Shown: in pieces, positions 38,201 to 50,523 of the stretch
Numbering within the stretch: position 1 is the stretch's first letter
How the letters are laid out: every line of letters starts with the position of its first letter
DNA from: Eledone cirrhosa
Taxonomy: Eukaryota
Length of the DNA: 64,000 bases
Direction: 5' to 3'
Assembly: GCA_964016885.1 (NCBI GenBank)
Contig: OZ024740.1
Coordinates: 308,574,001 to 308,638,000 of the forward strand
Notes under the pieces: generated by a model
What the model saw: the letters and a program-made list of their open reading frames with translations, nothing else
What the model was told of the DNA's origin: nothing
Database searches by the model: none
Made by a program: the position numbers and the translations under genes

Positions 38201-38986
38201 CATTGCCCTTGTTTACCAACCACCTACTTCGACATCTCAAATATTTCACTACATAGTTCTGTATAACTCATAGTTGGCCTACACTGTATCAGCAATGGTT
38301 GTAGTTTTTTTTTTTTTTTTTGTTTGAAACTTTCACTGCATCTTTTTCAGTCAGTCATCTCTTGTACATTTATTAAAGTAGTGTTTCAAGTCTGTCTGTG
38401 TGTCATGTTTTCTTGTGATAAAGAAGATGGTGGGGGTAAAATTTGGGTGGGTACTTTGTACCAAACACTAGACTTTCTTTCACTTACAATTCATTGACCA
38501 ACCTACTGTCTTTCTTACTCTCCATTATATTGTATATTTGTGAAATAAATTTTCTAAGTGCATTCTTTACACATACCCCATGCATTCATCATTTGATGTG
38601 TGTGTGTGTCTATCAATCTGTCTGTCAGTCTTCAAGCATACACTGAAGTTTAATATATAAACAATGTTTGTTATATTTTTTTACGTGTTTTCTATTTCAC
38701 TTCAGATTATTAGCTCACTTATTAATTTGACTTTCCTTCAGATTAACTGCTACTTAAATTAATATTAGTATTAAATTGGTGTTAAATGCTAAAGCATTCA
38801 AATTATCTGAATCTGGCTGCCATAAAGACATTGCTATTTGTTCAAACTGGTCATACATCCTTGTTGACATGTGTGTGACCTTTTGCAAGCAGGAAGACTT
38901 TTATGTAATCTGTTTCCTCATTTAAACATTTTTATATGAACACATCAACATATCAAACAATATTAGTATTATTAATGTTAGTGTTA

Positions 38987-39400
38987 GGGTGGTAGATTGG
39001 CAGAATTGGTAGGGTGTCAGACAAAATGCTTTGCAGTATTTAGTTATGGACCTTTACGTTATGAGTTCAAATCCCGCCGAGCTTAGCTTTGCCCTTCACC
39101 CTTACAAGGTCGATAAAATGAAATGCCAGTAATGCACTGGAGTCGATTTAATTGGCTTTTTTCAGACCCCCAAAATTGTTGGCCTTGTGTCTAAATCAGA
39201 AACCATTATTTAGCGGTGAATTGGCAGTATCGGTAGAGGGTCGGACGCCATGCTTTGACGTATAGAGTTACGGCCCTTGCCATTCTGAGTTCAAATCCCG
39301 CCGAGGTTAACTTTGCCTTTCATCCTTACAGGGTCGATAAAATAAAGTACCAGTAATGCACTGGGTAATTGCTGGCCTTGTGCCAAAAAGTAGAAACAGT
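38987..39400 (+). mobile_element. Two head-to-tail SINE family A copies (long subfamily 38987-39210; short young subfamily 39212-39400)
   Basis: Both have A/B boxes and core; the pair is flanked by one TSD-like repeat TTATTAATG(T/C)TAGT(G/A)TTA. Confidence 0.9.
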
Positions 39401-39881
39401 TATTAATGCTAGTATTAAACCTTAGACAAGACACACCATTCTATATGAACATATCAACATATCAAGCAATGTTAGTGTTAAACCTTTTACTAAACACATC
39501 ACTCTATATGACCACATCAACATATCGAACAATGTTAGTATTATTAATGCTAGCATATTTCCTGATGGTATTTTGTACGTGTGTGTGTGTGTGTGAGTGT
39601 GTGTGTGTGTGTGCATTCATTGACTGTAATGTGAGTTTGTTTGTTATATATACCATGTCTCTTTTGGTATTGTTGAATAAGACATTCTCCAATGTCTGTG
39701 TTTTTTCAGTAGAAATGATCCAACTGGAGGTTACACTCTTATTAGAAACCTTGCCAGGATTTACAACTTTTACCCAATAATTCTTCCTTTTTTTTCTTTT
39801 ATATACTGTATCTTTTTATTTCTGTGTGTCTTTATCTTCTGGATTCTTTATTAACTAAGCAATACTTATTCCATTTTACAG

Positions 39882-39954
39882 AGCCTTGATTATGACCGAA
39901 GTGGACTTACCAAAATGAAGAAGTCTATAAAAGCTTTGTATAATTCAGGCAGCA
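39882..39954 (+). CDS. ASAP1: Internal coding exon (73 nt, phase 0 to phase 1) of an ASAP-family ArfGAP (BAR-PH-ArfGAP-ANK-SH3), N-terminal BAR region
   Basis: Acceptor ccattttacag| at 39871-39881 and donor |gtgagt at 39955-39960. Translation SLDYDRSGLTKMKKSIKALYNSGS aligns without gaps to human ASAP1 ALDQDRTALQKVKKSVKAIYNSGQ (recalled). Invertebrates generally have a single ASAP gene, so the symbol is family-level. Neighbouring exons were not found in the window. Confidence 0.9.
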
Positions 39955-40289
39955 GTGAGTATCTGGTTTCTTCTATATCTAATTCATCTTATTATTGTTG
40001 TTGCTGTTTATTCACTTCAATTCATTGTTTGCTATTCATCATTTATTACCACCCAGAGACAATAGTTGGAAATTTGTAGCAAGAATGTTCCCGATTAAAT
40101 ATATAAGAATTATGTAAGCACTACACCACTCTAAAAGATATAACACTTAACCATAAATATAACATTTACAAAAATATATGAAATATTTGGGTTAGGTTTC
40201 CATGTAGACAATGAGGGGTGTCAAGAAAACCTTTTACTCTACTTATCATTATTTTCATAAAAAGTGAGGGTTGTAGATGTATTATAAGA

Positions 40290-40920
40290 ATCTGCAGAAC
40301 AGTGGATAAAATGCTTTGTGGTATTAAGTATCTTTTACATTCTGAGTTCAAATCTTATTGTCTTTATCTTTCATTCTCTATAAAATGAAGTATTAGTCAA
40401 GTATCAAATTTGATTTAATCAAGTATACATACCCTGCCCCAAATATGTTGCCATGTGTCTACATAACATATCCTTATTATCAAGAGCTAGGATAACTGTA
40501 ATATGGAAAAAATAGCAGAATGCTGAGAGCACTGGATAAAATGTTTTGTGGTATTTAGTTACAATGCTTTACACTAGGATTTCAGATTTTGACCTTCTCT
40601 TTGTGTGGGTGGTGGCTGATGAAATTACTACCAATCATACACTGAGGTTAATTAAATTGATTATCCCAGTATGTTACTGGTACTTTATTTTATCGACTCT
40701 GTAAGGATGAAAGGCAAAGTTAACCTCTCATCCTTATGGTGTAGCTGTGTGCCAGTGTTAGAAATCCTCATTATTATCAAGAGCAATGACATGGCAGATT
40801 CAGTAGAGCATCAGACAAAATAACTTGCAGTATTTTGTTGCATATCTTTACATTCTGATTTCAATTCCTGTCAAGCTTGACTGTATATTACAACCTTCTG
40901 TGGTTACTAAAATAAGTACT
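40290..40920 (+). mobile_element. Cluster of old SINE family A copies with a young minus-strand fragment inserted at 40660-40736
   Basis: Repeated ATGCTTTGTGGTATT...TTTACA..CTGA.TTCAA.T heads separated by ATTATTATCAAGAGC. Confidence 0.6.
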
Positions 40921-40976
40921 GGTTTAGTTAGTAGGTAAACTGAGTCAAAGTAAAATTGTGAGGTAAATACAATAAT

Positions 40977-41164
40977 CGGTTCTACTTTAGGCACAAGGCC
41001 AGCAATTACCCAGCACATTACTGGTACTTTATTTTATCGACCCCGTAAGGATGAAAGGCAAAGTTAACCTTGGCGGGATTTGAACTCAGATCATAAATGG
41101 ACGTAACGTAATGCTAGAAAGCATGGCGTCCAACCCTCTACCGATACTGCCAATCAACCACCCT
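40977..41164 (-). mobile_element. SINE family A, full length
   Basis: 16-bp TSD AGGTAAATACAATAAT at 40961-40976 and 41165-41180. Confidence 0.9.
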
Positions 41165-41249
41165 AGGTAAATACAATAATAAAGACACATTAATACATAG
41201 ATAACAGTATATACTGCTGCTGCTGGCTGTCTATTGATTCACTGATGAT

Positions 41250-41890
41250 GTGGCTTCTATCCATCAGATATTTTGACCACACCTTTGTTGAGCATGCAGA
41301 GGTGATATAAGTTCAATATGTGAAAGACAAATCTGGAGACAAGCCAGACATTGATGACAAACCACATTGTTACTGTAAAGAACAACAACAAACACAAGAA
41401 AATATCTCTAAAATTGGGTGTAGAATCAACATAAAGTGATTTCAGACCATCTTCTGTATATGTGTCAGCCACAGGAATCTCTGTATATGTGTCAGCTTCA
41501 AGATATACATGTATCCCAAGACTCCCTTGGAGTAGGTGTTGGCAAAAGATATCCCTCATGACCAGTGGATTATGTCCCTTTCACATAAACCAACACAGCA
41601 TATGCTCCAATATGGTTAGATGTTTCCTTGGACAAAGCTTGACTAACAGGCAATAAACACTATACATTGTAGATGTTAGCCACTTCTAGTTCACCTTTTA
41701 TGGATAGCTTCTTTTCATATAATTTCTGAGTGAGACTGGCCACCCTTCTTTGGACTTCTTCCCAGTTTTTATTTAACTGGAGGTCTGGTTTCAGATAGAC
41801 CCTAAGCACCATAATCAGATACTTGCTTCAATGACAGAAGCTACCATCCCACATGGCCTAGACTATCCATGTGCCAAGCTACAAGCCCAC
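41250..41890 (-). mobile_element. Degenerate L1/Tx1-like LINE fragment
   Basis: VLRVYLKPDLQLNKNWEEVQRRVASLTQKLYEKKLSIKGELEV, homologous to the KWTERKLSLK segment at 28740-28830. Confidence 0.55.
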
Positions 41891-42134
41891 CAACAATGAG
41901 ATTTGAACTCAGAAGGTAAAAAGCTGGAAGAAATATTTCAAAGCATTTCTCCTGACACTCTAACAATTCTGTCAATCTGCCACCCTTGTGCTACCCTGGT
42001 AATGAGGATAATTCTGTATTATTGCTGCAAGGACAGTGGATATGGGTGGCAATACAGAAACACTTTACAGAAGTCATGTGGAAAAGAAAGTGATACGGCT
42101 GACTATCACAAAATACTTATTCTATTGTTCAATT

Positions 42135-42380
42135 GAATCTGCTCATTCACTGCCCATACTTGTTGGACTTCTGTGTAAGTGGCTGAACATTCTACAAGTA
42201 TGTTGCTCTCAGGGGGATTTGGCGTGACACAATATGTGACAAGGCTGACCCCTCGAGTTACAGGTACAATTAATTTTTGGTCTGAAGCAGCATGAAATAA
42301 AGTGTTTTGTTCAAGGGCAGTCTTGGAATCACACATGATGTGATGGTCATGAGCTAACCAATAAGCCACATACCTTCACA
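42135..42380 (-). mobile_element. SINE family D, degenerate
   Basis: Shares AAGTGGCTGA.CATTCTACA, TGTGACAAGGCT and TGAAATAAAGT with 16655-16910. Confidence 0.65.
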
Positions 42381-42399
42381 CTACTATTACTAATAATAA

Positions 42400-42583
42400 T
42401 TGTTTCTACTTTTGGCACAAGGCCAGCAATTACCCAGTGCATCACTGGTACTTTATTTTATCGACCCCGTAAGGATGAAAGGCAAAGTTAACCTCGGTGG
42501 GATTTGAACTCAGAAGGGCAAGGGCCGTAACTCTATACGTCAAAACATGGCGTCCGACCCTCTACCGATACTGCCAATCCACC
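42400..42583 (-). mobile_element. SINE family A, young copy
   Basis: Near-consensus; TSD ACTAATAATAAT; carries the diagnostic TTGACGTATAGAGTTACGGCCCTTGCC variant. Confidence 0.9.
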
Positions 42584-43011
42584 ACTAATAATAATGATTT
42601 CCAACATAAATACAAACAGTACAGTTTATAGTATTTAAAGTAATGACACTGCATGGCATCAATGCCATGGAAAAGCAGATGTAAAAACAATGATGATGAG
42701 CATTACCTATGATTAGACAAGTCAATTTGAAATGAAACTATCATCATCATATGTCCATTGTTCCACACTTGCATGGATTGGATGGGTCCTTCTCAGTATA
42801 GCATCTCTCCACTTGTCACATTCCTTTGTCATTTTCTCCATGAGCTTTAGCTATCTGAGATCAGCTATCACCACTTCCATCCAGGTCTTCCTTGGTCTTC
42901 CAAGGTAAATAAATAAAAATGCATAAATGAATTCAGTTTGCCTGTAACATTACAAATATATAAATACATATCTACATCTATACAGTACAAGATTAATCAG
43001 TACTGTCTTAA

Positions 43012-43232
43012 CCCTTTAGCATTTACATTTCTCTATATTTACTATTGTATTTTCACGGTAAAGGCTTTATTTCAAATAATTATCTTATATAATATCAAAT
43101 CGACAAGATTTTGATATTATTTATTTTGTGAACAATAAATTAATATAAGTATGAGCAGCTGGTTACGGCCGGTTTGAACAGAAAGAGGTGAGAGAATTCT
43201 GGCCAGATACGGTCAGTTTAAATGCTAAAGGG
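43012..43232. mobile_element. piggyBac-type MITE (family P2)
   Basis: TTAA|CCCTTTAGCATTTA ... TAAATGCTAAAGGG|TTAA, a perfect 14-bp TIR; second copy at 59640-59855. Confidence 0.9.
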
Positions 43233-43869
43233 TTAATTTGTTTATATACACATTGAGTAAAGATGTAAATATGTCAAATTGACGTATTCACCCATAGATT
43301 AATAAAAGAAATTATGAATTTAATATATACTACATAGTATTAAGATGAAGCAGTGATTTGAACAAAAGGAAACAAAAAAAAAATTGAGAAAAGGAATATA
43401 TATTTTCATATATGTTTATTTGATTCGTCAAAAGGACGAAGGAAATGTGAAAAGAAAACTTTTTACAAATGGTCAGCAGACGACACTTAATTTTGTGAAG
43501 AGAGGGTATGTGTATTTGTTTGTGTATATGTTTGTGTGTATGTATGTATTTGTTTATATATATATATATGTTTGTGTGTATGCATGCCTGTGTGGGTATA
43601 TATATATATATATGTTTGTGTGTGTATATATGTGTGTGTGCGCACACATACACTTTAGCATTCATTCATTTTTATCTCTCTTTCACTCGTTGCTTGCTAC
43701 TCCAGTCAGTATATATACTCCTACTTCAACCCATCTATCAATTCTCTCTCTCTATCTCTCTTTTAATCTCTCATCCCCTCTCTCTATGTGATATAAGGCA
43801 TGACATCTGAAATTGGATCAACCAACCAACACATTGAGTATTACAATATAGAGAGATAAGTGGCACAGT

Positions 43870-43888
43870 TCCATGCAGAGTGCAGACT

Positions 43889-43935
<47 letters not shown>

Positions 43936-44416
43936 TACACATATATAAATACTTGAATATATACATCATATACCCACATGCAGACACACACATACACACA
44001 TTACACATATACACACACTTGTATATATATACATCATATACCCACATGCAGACTCACACACACACACACTCATTACATATACACACACATAAATACTTGC
44101 ATAAATACATGATATACCCACATGCAGACTGATACACGCACACACACACACATTTCACATATACACACACTCGCATATATACATCATATACCCACATGCA
44201 GACTGATATATACACACACACACACATTTCACATATACACACACTTGTATATATACATCATATACCCATATGCAGACTGATACACGCGCACACATTTCAC
44301 ATATACACACACTCGCATATATACATCATATACCCACATGCAGACTGATATATACACACACACACATTTCACATATAAACACACTTGCATATACACATCA
44401 TAGACCCACATCCAGA

Positions 44417-44453
<37 letters not shown>

Positions 44454-44530
44454 GCGCGCACATTACATATACAAACACATAAATACTTGCACATATACAT
44501 CATATACCCACATCCAGATTGACACATACA
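43870..44530. repeat. Minisatellite of about 60-70 bp with embedded (CA)n
   Basis: About 8 recurrences of ACATCATATACCCACATGCAGACT. Confidence 0.9.
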
Positions 44531-44824
44531 CTATATGCAGAATGACTGCAAACCAGTGCATTTGTGTGCAGCAGTGAGTTGCTGGGGACGGAAATTAACT
44601 AATTGTGAGTCATTAAGAAAATAAAAGCTGTTGGTAGTGACGAAAGGTAGGAGTGAGGAGGTAATGGTGAGAAGGGTAGAAGATGAGGGGTGGTGATTAG
44701 AGGTAGAGCTAGTGGTAGTGTTTAAAAGTAGTGGGGAAAGGTAGTACTGGGAAAGAGTGGGGAAAGAGGGTAGTCATCATTTCTTGCCATCACACCCAAA
44801 ATCATCTTAAACTATATTTTCTTA

Positions 44825-45190
44825 CCACCACCACCATGACAACGACAACAACCCCCTACCCCCTACCCCCCACTATCACCACCACCACCACCACTACCAC
44901 CACTACTACTACCACCACCACCATTACCACTACCATCATCACCACTACCACCACCACAACAACAAACACCCCCACCACCACCACCACCACCGCCACTAAC
45001 AACAACATCACCATCACTTCCACAGCCTACAAACATTGCCACAATCATTATCACTCTCACCACAAACTATAAAATCACAACCACCTCCATCATTCTCATT
45101 GCTATTATCACCACTAACATCATCACCACTGCTACCATCCCTAATGTGACTATCATCTTCATCACACCATTAGCTCCAGCATCACCATCA
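44825..45190. repeat. (ACC/ACT/ATC)n trinucleotide tract
   Basis: Direct inspection; explains the poly-Thr and poly-Gly ORFs. Confidence 0.9.
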
Positions 45191-45357
45191 TGGTTTGGTC
45201 AATGAGGGCTAACTTGGGATTAAACAACACCACCATCACTACCATCCCTGAAACCTACTGTCTTAGAAAAGAACATGTTAGATAATGTGATCTTGGGTTC
45301 CTTGCACACAGAAAAAGGATAAAGACAGCAATGGCTGGGATATCTTTGATCATAGAT

Positions 45358-45520
45358 CATCATCATCATCGTTTGACGTCTATCTCCCACGCTAGCATGG
45401 GTTAGACGGGAATTGTCCCACTCGAGGCAAGATTGATCGAGTGACCATTTCTTGCTCATATAGGACTATCTGGCAGGTTTTCTACGGCTGGATGCCCTTC
45501 CTAACACCAACCACATTGTA
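45358..45520 (-). mobile_element. Family B element
   Basis: (CAT)n...GCTAGCATGGGTTAGACGGG...CTACGGCTGGATGCCCTTCCTAACACCAAC. Confidence 0.75.
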
Positions 45521-45524
45521 AGGT

Positions 45525-45790
45525 TGTCTTGAGCTTGAAGGCTCATCAGGCCAGTGCTTATCACGGTTTCCAGGGCATGAAGCAACTCAGAGTACAAGAC
45601 TTCCCCCCTGGATAGAATGCCAGTCCATCACAGGATTAAACTCCCAGCTATTGCTGGTGCTTCTTTTTAGCTGAGTATACTGAAAATGAAGTGTTTTGCT
45701 CAAGAACACATCCCAAAACCCAGTCCAAGAATCAAACCCATGACATTGTGATTGTAAGTCGGACACACTTACCACTAAGCCACATATCTC
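45525..45790 (-). mobile_element. Composite tRNA-derived SINE (CORE-like, V-like and L2-like tail modules)
   Basis: Reverse complement TGGCTTAGTGG...GGTTTGATTC...TTGAGCAAAACACTT...CCTGTGATGGACTGGCATTCTATCCAGGGG...GAAACCGTGATAAGCACTGGCCTGATGAGCC. Confidence 0.65.
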
Positions 45791-45837
45791 CACAATCAAG
45801 GTTGACTTTGGTCAAAACACTACAACAAACAGCAACC

Positions 45838-46605
45838 TGGTCTACATAGACCAAGTCAGTACTGAAGCAGAGCCACTGATCTCCCAGGCAGACAAACATC
45901 TCACTTATGTATGGTCAATGCTCCACCAATTGCATTGGAGAGGTTGTCATGTCTTTGACACAACTGAGAGTCCTCTCAACCCTTTGTTTGGCAAGATTTC
46001 TATGGTGGGATGCCCTTCCTACCATCAACCACCTTAACATATACTGGGCATGTTTATTGTATAGGTCACTATACATTAAGGAGACTTTCATGTCCTTCAC
46101 ACAGCTGAAGGGTCCTCACGACCCTTTGTTTTGCAAGCCTTCCACAGCTGGATGCCCTTCCCATCACCAACCACTTCACAGAGGGTGCAGCTGCTAGGAA
46201 TGTGCGTGAGGGGGCATGCACAGTGGAGTTAAAGTAGTTATGTTGAGAATAGCTGTTAGGGAATGCTAGTGGAAGAGGGGGCATGGAGGTACATCATATC
46301 ACATTTGTATGCTGTAGGTCGGGTTTTCTTCAGCAACAGCCCTCGCCGGCTTTAGTCATTTTTGTTGTGAGATTTAGTTTTTTAATGTTGGTTTTCACAG
46401 CCTCATCCCATGTCTTTCTGGATCTGCCTCTTCCACAGGTCCCAACCATTGGGGTTTCCCTACATTTTTTCATGCATCTGCTATCTTCCATGCTCCTCAC
46501 ATGTCCATACCAATGCAGTCTTCTCTCTTGCACATTACGTCTGATTCCTCTTATGCCAGAGTTTTTCCCTCAGTTTGCTTATGCTATTTCACCCATGCAC
46601 TTGAT
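45838..46605 (-). mobile_element. RTE-clade LINE 3' fragment with duplicated 3' UTR segment
   Basis: QERRLHWYGHVRSMEDSRCMKKC...GRGRSRKTWDEAVK; the 3' UTR contains GATGCCCTTCC twice. Confidence 0.8.
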
Positions 46606-47170
46606 ATATGTTGATGTGTGAGAATGTGTGTGTTTAGAAATTCAAAAATAGGTAGGGTGATGAAAGGAAAGAATGAGTTTAAAAGGAAATTAAAATAAAG
46701 CATCAGAAACAGTCTAAGAGAGAGAGAGGGGAGAGAAAACATTAAGCAGATGACTCGTTTTTAAGGGATCAATTAGAAAGAGCAGCCAACATATGATATG
46801 ACCAACAGCTGAGAGAAAAAAAACAGTTTTGTTTCCTTGTTACATATGTTTATTTTATGATATCATAGGTGTAATGTCATTTTGATGTTTGTTATATCAT
46901 AGGTGTAATGTCATTTTGATGTTTGTTATATCCCAACATATTATTGACATGTGTTGCTGTGATACTTCTTTCATTCTCTACAAGAGTTTTAAAAATTTGT
47001 TTGAACTTGGAAATATTTGAACTGAAACCAAGCAAAAGAGCTTGAGAACTGGTAGAATGCCAGATTTACTGGGGTGAAGAAAATTAGTCCAGTAATGTGT
47101 TCAAGCTGATTCATTTGGTTGTATTGATTTCTACAAATATGTGGTTGGTGCTTATTTAAAAAATCTGCAA

Positions 47171-47201
<31 letters not shown>

Positions 47202-47334
47202 GGAGACAGTCGATAGTAAAATTGGTATAATGCTAGACAAAATGTTTTGCTGTATTTATTTTATATCCCTTTACACTCAGAGTTCAAATCCTGCTGAGAA
47301 AAAACTTTGCCTTTTATTCTTTCAGTCTTTTTCT

Positions 47335-47740
47335 TTTTCTTCTCTTCTTCTTTGCCCACTTATTCTTGAGAGAGTGGGTCCTGACTGAAGCAACCGTCTC
47401 CAACTGATCCGACTATATCCCCAAGCAAAACCAGCCAAGCTCAGGGATGTTATTCAACCATCTTGCTCAGGGTCTACCCCTGGGTCTCTTGCCAGTTGGT
47501 TTTGCCCATAAAATCTGTACAGTGATTCTTTCCTGAGACATTCTAACCATATGTCCATAATATTGGAGCTGTGATCTCTCAATTTAGAGAAGTAGCAGCT
47601 CTACCTGGAACGACTCTCTGATCTCCAAGCTATGCACTCTATCAAGTAACATTACCCCAAAGACACTTTAGAGGAACCCCATTTCGGCTGCTTGTATTTG
47701 CAATCATATTCTTTTGGTTAATACCGAAGATACGTGACCC
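47335..47740 (-). mobile_element. RTE-clade LINE 3' fragment (family R2)
   Basis: Reverse complement collinear with 11690-12136, including the (GAA)n tail. Confidence 0.8.
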
Positions 47741-48229
47741 AGTAAATCTAGCATTCTACCAGTTCTCAAGCTCTTTTGCCAGAGTCAATAAAACAAATAC
47801 TATTGAAATACTGGATGCTGGGAATTGATTATATTAACTACACACTGCCTCCAAATGTCACCTTATACCAATGATAGAGATCCTTGTGTATAGTTGGTGG
47901 TGGGCTTGCAATTCATCACCTGGTGAAGCAAGTCTTTGTGGGTTAGCACCTTATGTCAATGGACTGATGGTCCAGTTAAAGTTGTTCAGAGTTGGCTTTC
48001 GGTCAGACATGTGGGTTGATAAAAACAGGAAAAATGTAGCAAACAGAATATCCAATCTCATTTAGATTTTAGCTGAGAAGTAGCTGTCTCTGATAGGTTG
48101 GGTGAGTTAGTCAACACATACATTGATTCGGTGTTACACTACTTCTTCGCCGTCATACCTTCTCACAGAAAAAAAAAAATGAGTATATGCTCTTCCGCTA
48201 TTTATAGAAGGTACATGTTCCATTGGTCA

Positions 48230-48560
48230 GAAGGTTAATTTGCTGTCAATGCCTAGACACCTTCTAGACTGCATTATCTGCAGAGATTGGCATGTAGAAG
48301 CAGTTGTCATCAACCATGATAAGTCAAGTCAGTGGGCTTGTAACTTGAATCAGGGGAAAAGCACATCCATGTTACCTAGCATCAATTTCTGTTGCTGAAT
48401 TGAGAGGCTGGTTAAGGTACCTGAAGTCTGATTCAGACTGCACCTCCAGATAAACAAAGAACTGTGAAGAGGTTATGAAGAGGTGGGGCAGTCTCACTTA
48501 AAAATGGGATGAAGTGTACTGGTGCTTGCTCGTGTCTTATCCTAAGGAACATCTGACCAA
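48230..48560 (+). mobile_element. Very old L1/Tx1-like fragment
   Basis: V*FRLHLQINK..EEVMKRWGSLT*KWDE resembles the 41700-41810 minus-strand segment. Confidence 0.4.
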
Positions 48561-48944
48561 TTTAGAGAGCATACTGCTACTAACAACCCCTGTTGTTGTG
48601 GTGGTGGTGATGATGATTGTGTTTGTGGTGGTGGTGGTGGTGGTGGTGTTGGGTGGGTGGGTGCTTGTGTTGTTGGTGGTGTTTGTGGTGTTGGTTTAGT
48701 GATAGTGGTGGTGGTGAAGGTGGTAGCAATGCTGATAATGATGACGGTTATCATAACGAGGACAACAGTTATGATGAAGATATCAACAATTTCTAGTGAC
48801 TGTAGTGTTAATAATAAATGCCATTCCTTCAGCAAGTCCCCCCCCCCCCACTCCCATCACCTCTCCGTTAATTCTAGATGTTTTTATTTCATTACATTTC
48901 TCAAGAAAGAACCCACTTCACCATCTCTCAACCCTCACTGCCAT

Positions 48945-49258
48945 GCACATACACATACATACACATATACATACACATATGCACTCACATACACATATAT
49001 ATACACACAAACACCCCCACACACAAATATACTCATACATTCATACACACACACATACATACACATATGCATACATATATACGCTCACACACACATACAC
49101 ATATATACACAAACACACCCCCACACACAAATATACACACACATTCATACACACACATACATACTTACACACACAAATGCACACACATACACACACAAAC
49201 ATATACACACACACACAAACACAAAGACACACACGCGCACACGCGCGCACACACACGC
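48945..49258. repeat. CA/TA compound microsatellite
   Basis: Direct inspection; explains the HT-rich ORFs. Confidence 0.95.
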
Positions 49259-49422
49259 AGAGATAAGTGGAAATTAAGATTTTAAAAAAATGTAATAAAT
49301 TCATATTCACTATAAAAAAAACAATCTAATGAATCAACCAGATATTGAACCTGTATAAGGCAGGTCATCATAACTATAGAGAGATTTATATTACTGAGAA
49401 CTGTGTTGTTTTAACATTATTA

Positions 49423-49620
49423 ATTGGTAGAGCGTCAGAAAACATGCTTTGTGGCATAGTTACGTCCCTTTAGATTTTGATTTCAAATCCCGCCAAAGTT
49501 AGTTTTGCCTCTCACCCTTATGAGGTCGATAAAATAAAGTACCAGTAATGCGCTGGGGTCGATTTATTCGACTTCCCCTCCCCCCAAAATTGTTGGCCAT
49601 GTGCCTAAATCAGAGACCAT
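49423..49620 (+). mobile_element. SINE family A, long subfamily
   Basis: Core followed by GGGGTCGATTTATTCGACTTCCCCTCCCCCCAAAATTG before the tail. Confidence 0.85.
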
Positions 49621-49923
49621 AAATATATAATAAATAAATAATAAAATAATATATAAAATAATAAATAATAAAGAAAAGATTATTATAATATTAATTTGTT
49701 GTTGTTGCTATTCCCATTGTTGTTGTTACTATTCCTATTGTTATTGTTGTTGTCATAGATTAGGCATCAAATGACAACTGTATAATTGTAGCTAGAATGT
49801 TCTTCAGTGTAAATTAAATTTTCTTTCTTTTCTTTTCCTTTTCTTTTTGTATGATCAGAAAATTTCTAGAAATTTCCTCACATAGTATATACAGACAATA
49901 CTGCCAACCTTATTCAATCTTTA

Positions 49924-50170
49924 TAGTAGTAGTAGTGGTGGTGGTGGTAGTTGTAGTAGTAGTGGTGGTGGTGGTGGTGGTGGTGGTGGTGGTGGTAGTA
50001 ATAGTAGTTATAGTAATAGTAGTAGCGACAGTGGTGGTAGTTGTAGTATTAGTAGTAGTAAGAGTAATAGTAATAGTGGTAAGGGTGGTGGTAGTGATGA
50101 TAGTAGTAGTAGTAATGGTAGGGTATAGGTGGTTGTAGTGGTTATGGTAGAAGTTCTAATAGTAGCAGCA
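49924..50170. repeat. (GTA/GTG)n trinucleotide tract
   Basis: Direct inspection; explains the poly-Val ORFs. Confidence 0.95.
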
Positions 50171-50237
50171 GCATCAATCAATAGCACACTTCTCACCTCT
50201 CTTGACAATCACAGATCAACATTATACAATTATTATA

Positions 50238-50422
50238 GGGCAGTGAATTGGCAGTATCGGTGGAGGGTCAGACACCATGCTTTCCAGCATAGTTACGTCC
50301 CTTTACGGTCTGAGTTCAAATCCCACCGAGGTTAACTTTGCCTTTCATCCTTACACTGTCGATAAAATAAAGTACCAGTAATGTACTGAGTAATTGCTGG
50401 CCTTGTGCCAAATGTAGAAAAA
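50238..50422 (+). mobile_element. SINE family A, full length
   Basis: 16-bp TSD ATTATACAATTATTAT at 50221-50236 and 50423-50438. Confidence 0.9.
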
Positions 50423-50523
50423 ATTATACAATTATTATCGTAGTGAATGGCCAAGGTGATATATTACTGGTGAAACAGTTGAAGGGTGTCAGTGGCATTC
50501 TTCTTATAATATAATATAATATA

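Noticed and set aside
45541-45575. GAAAC...CTGATGAG on the minus strand
   Set aside because: Part of an L2-like SINE tail; the hammerhead stems and cleavage triplet are not in place.
43330-50335. HT-, VC-, poly-T, poly-G and poly-V ORFs
   Set aside because: Di- and trinucleotide repeat artefacts.
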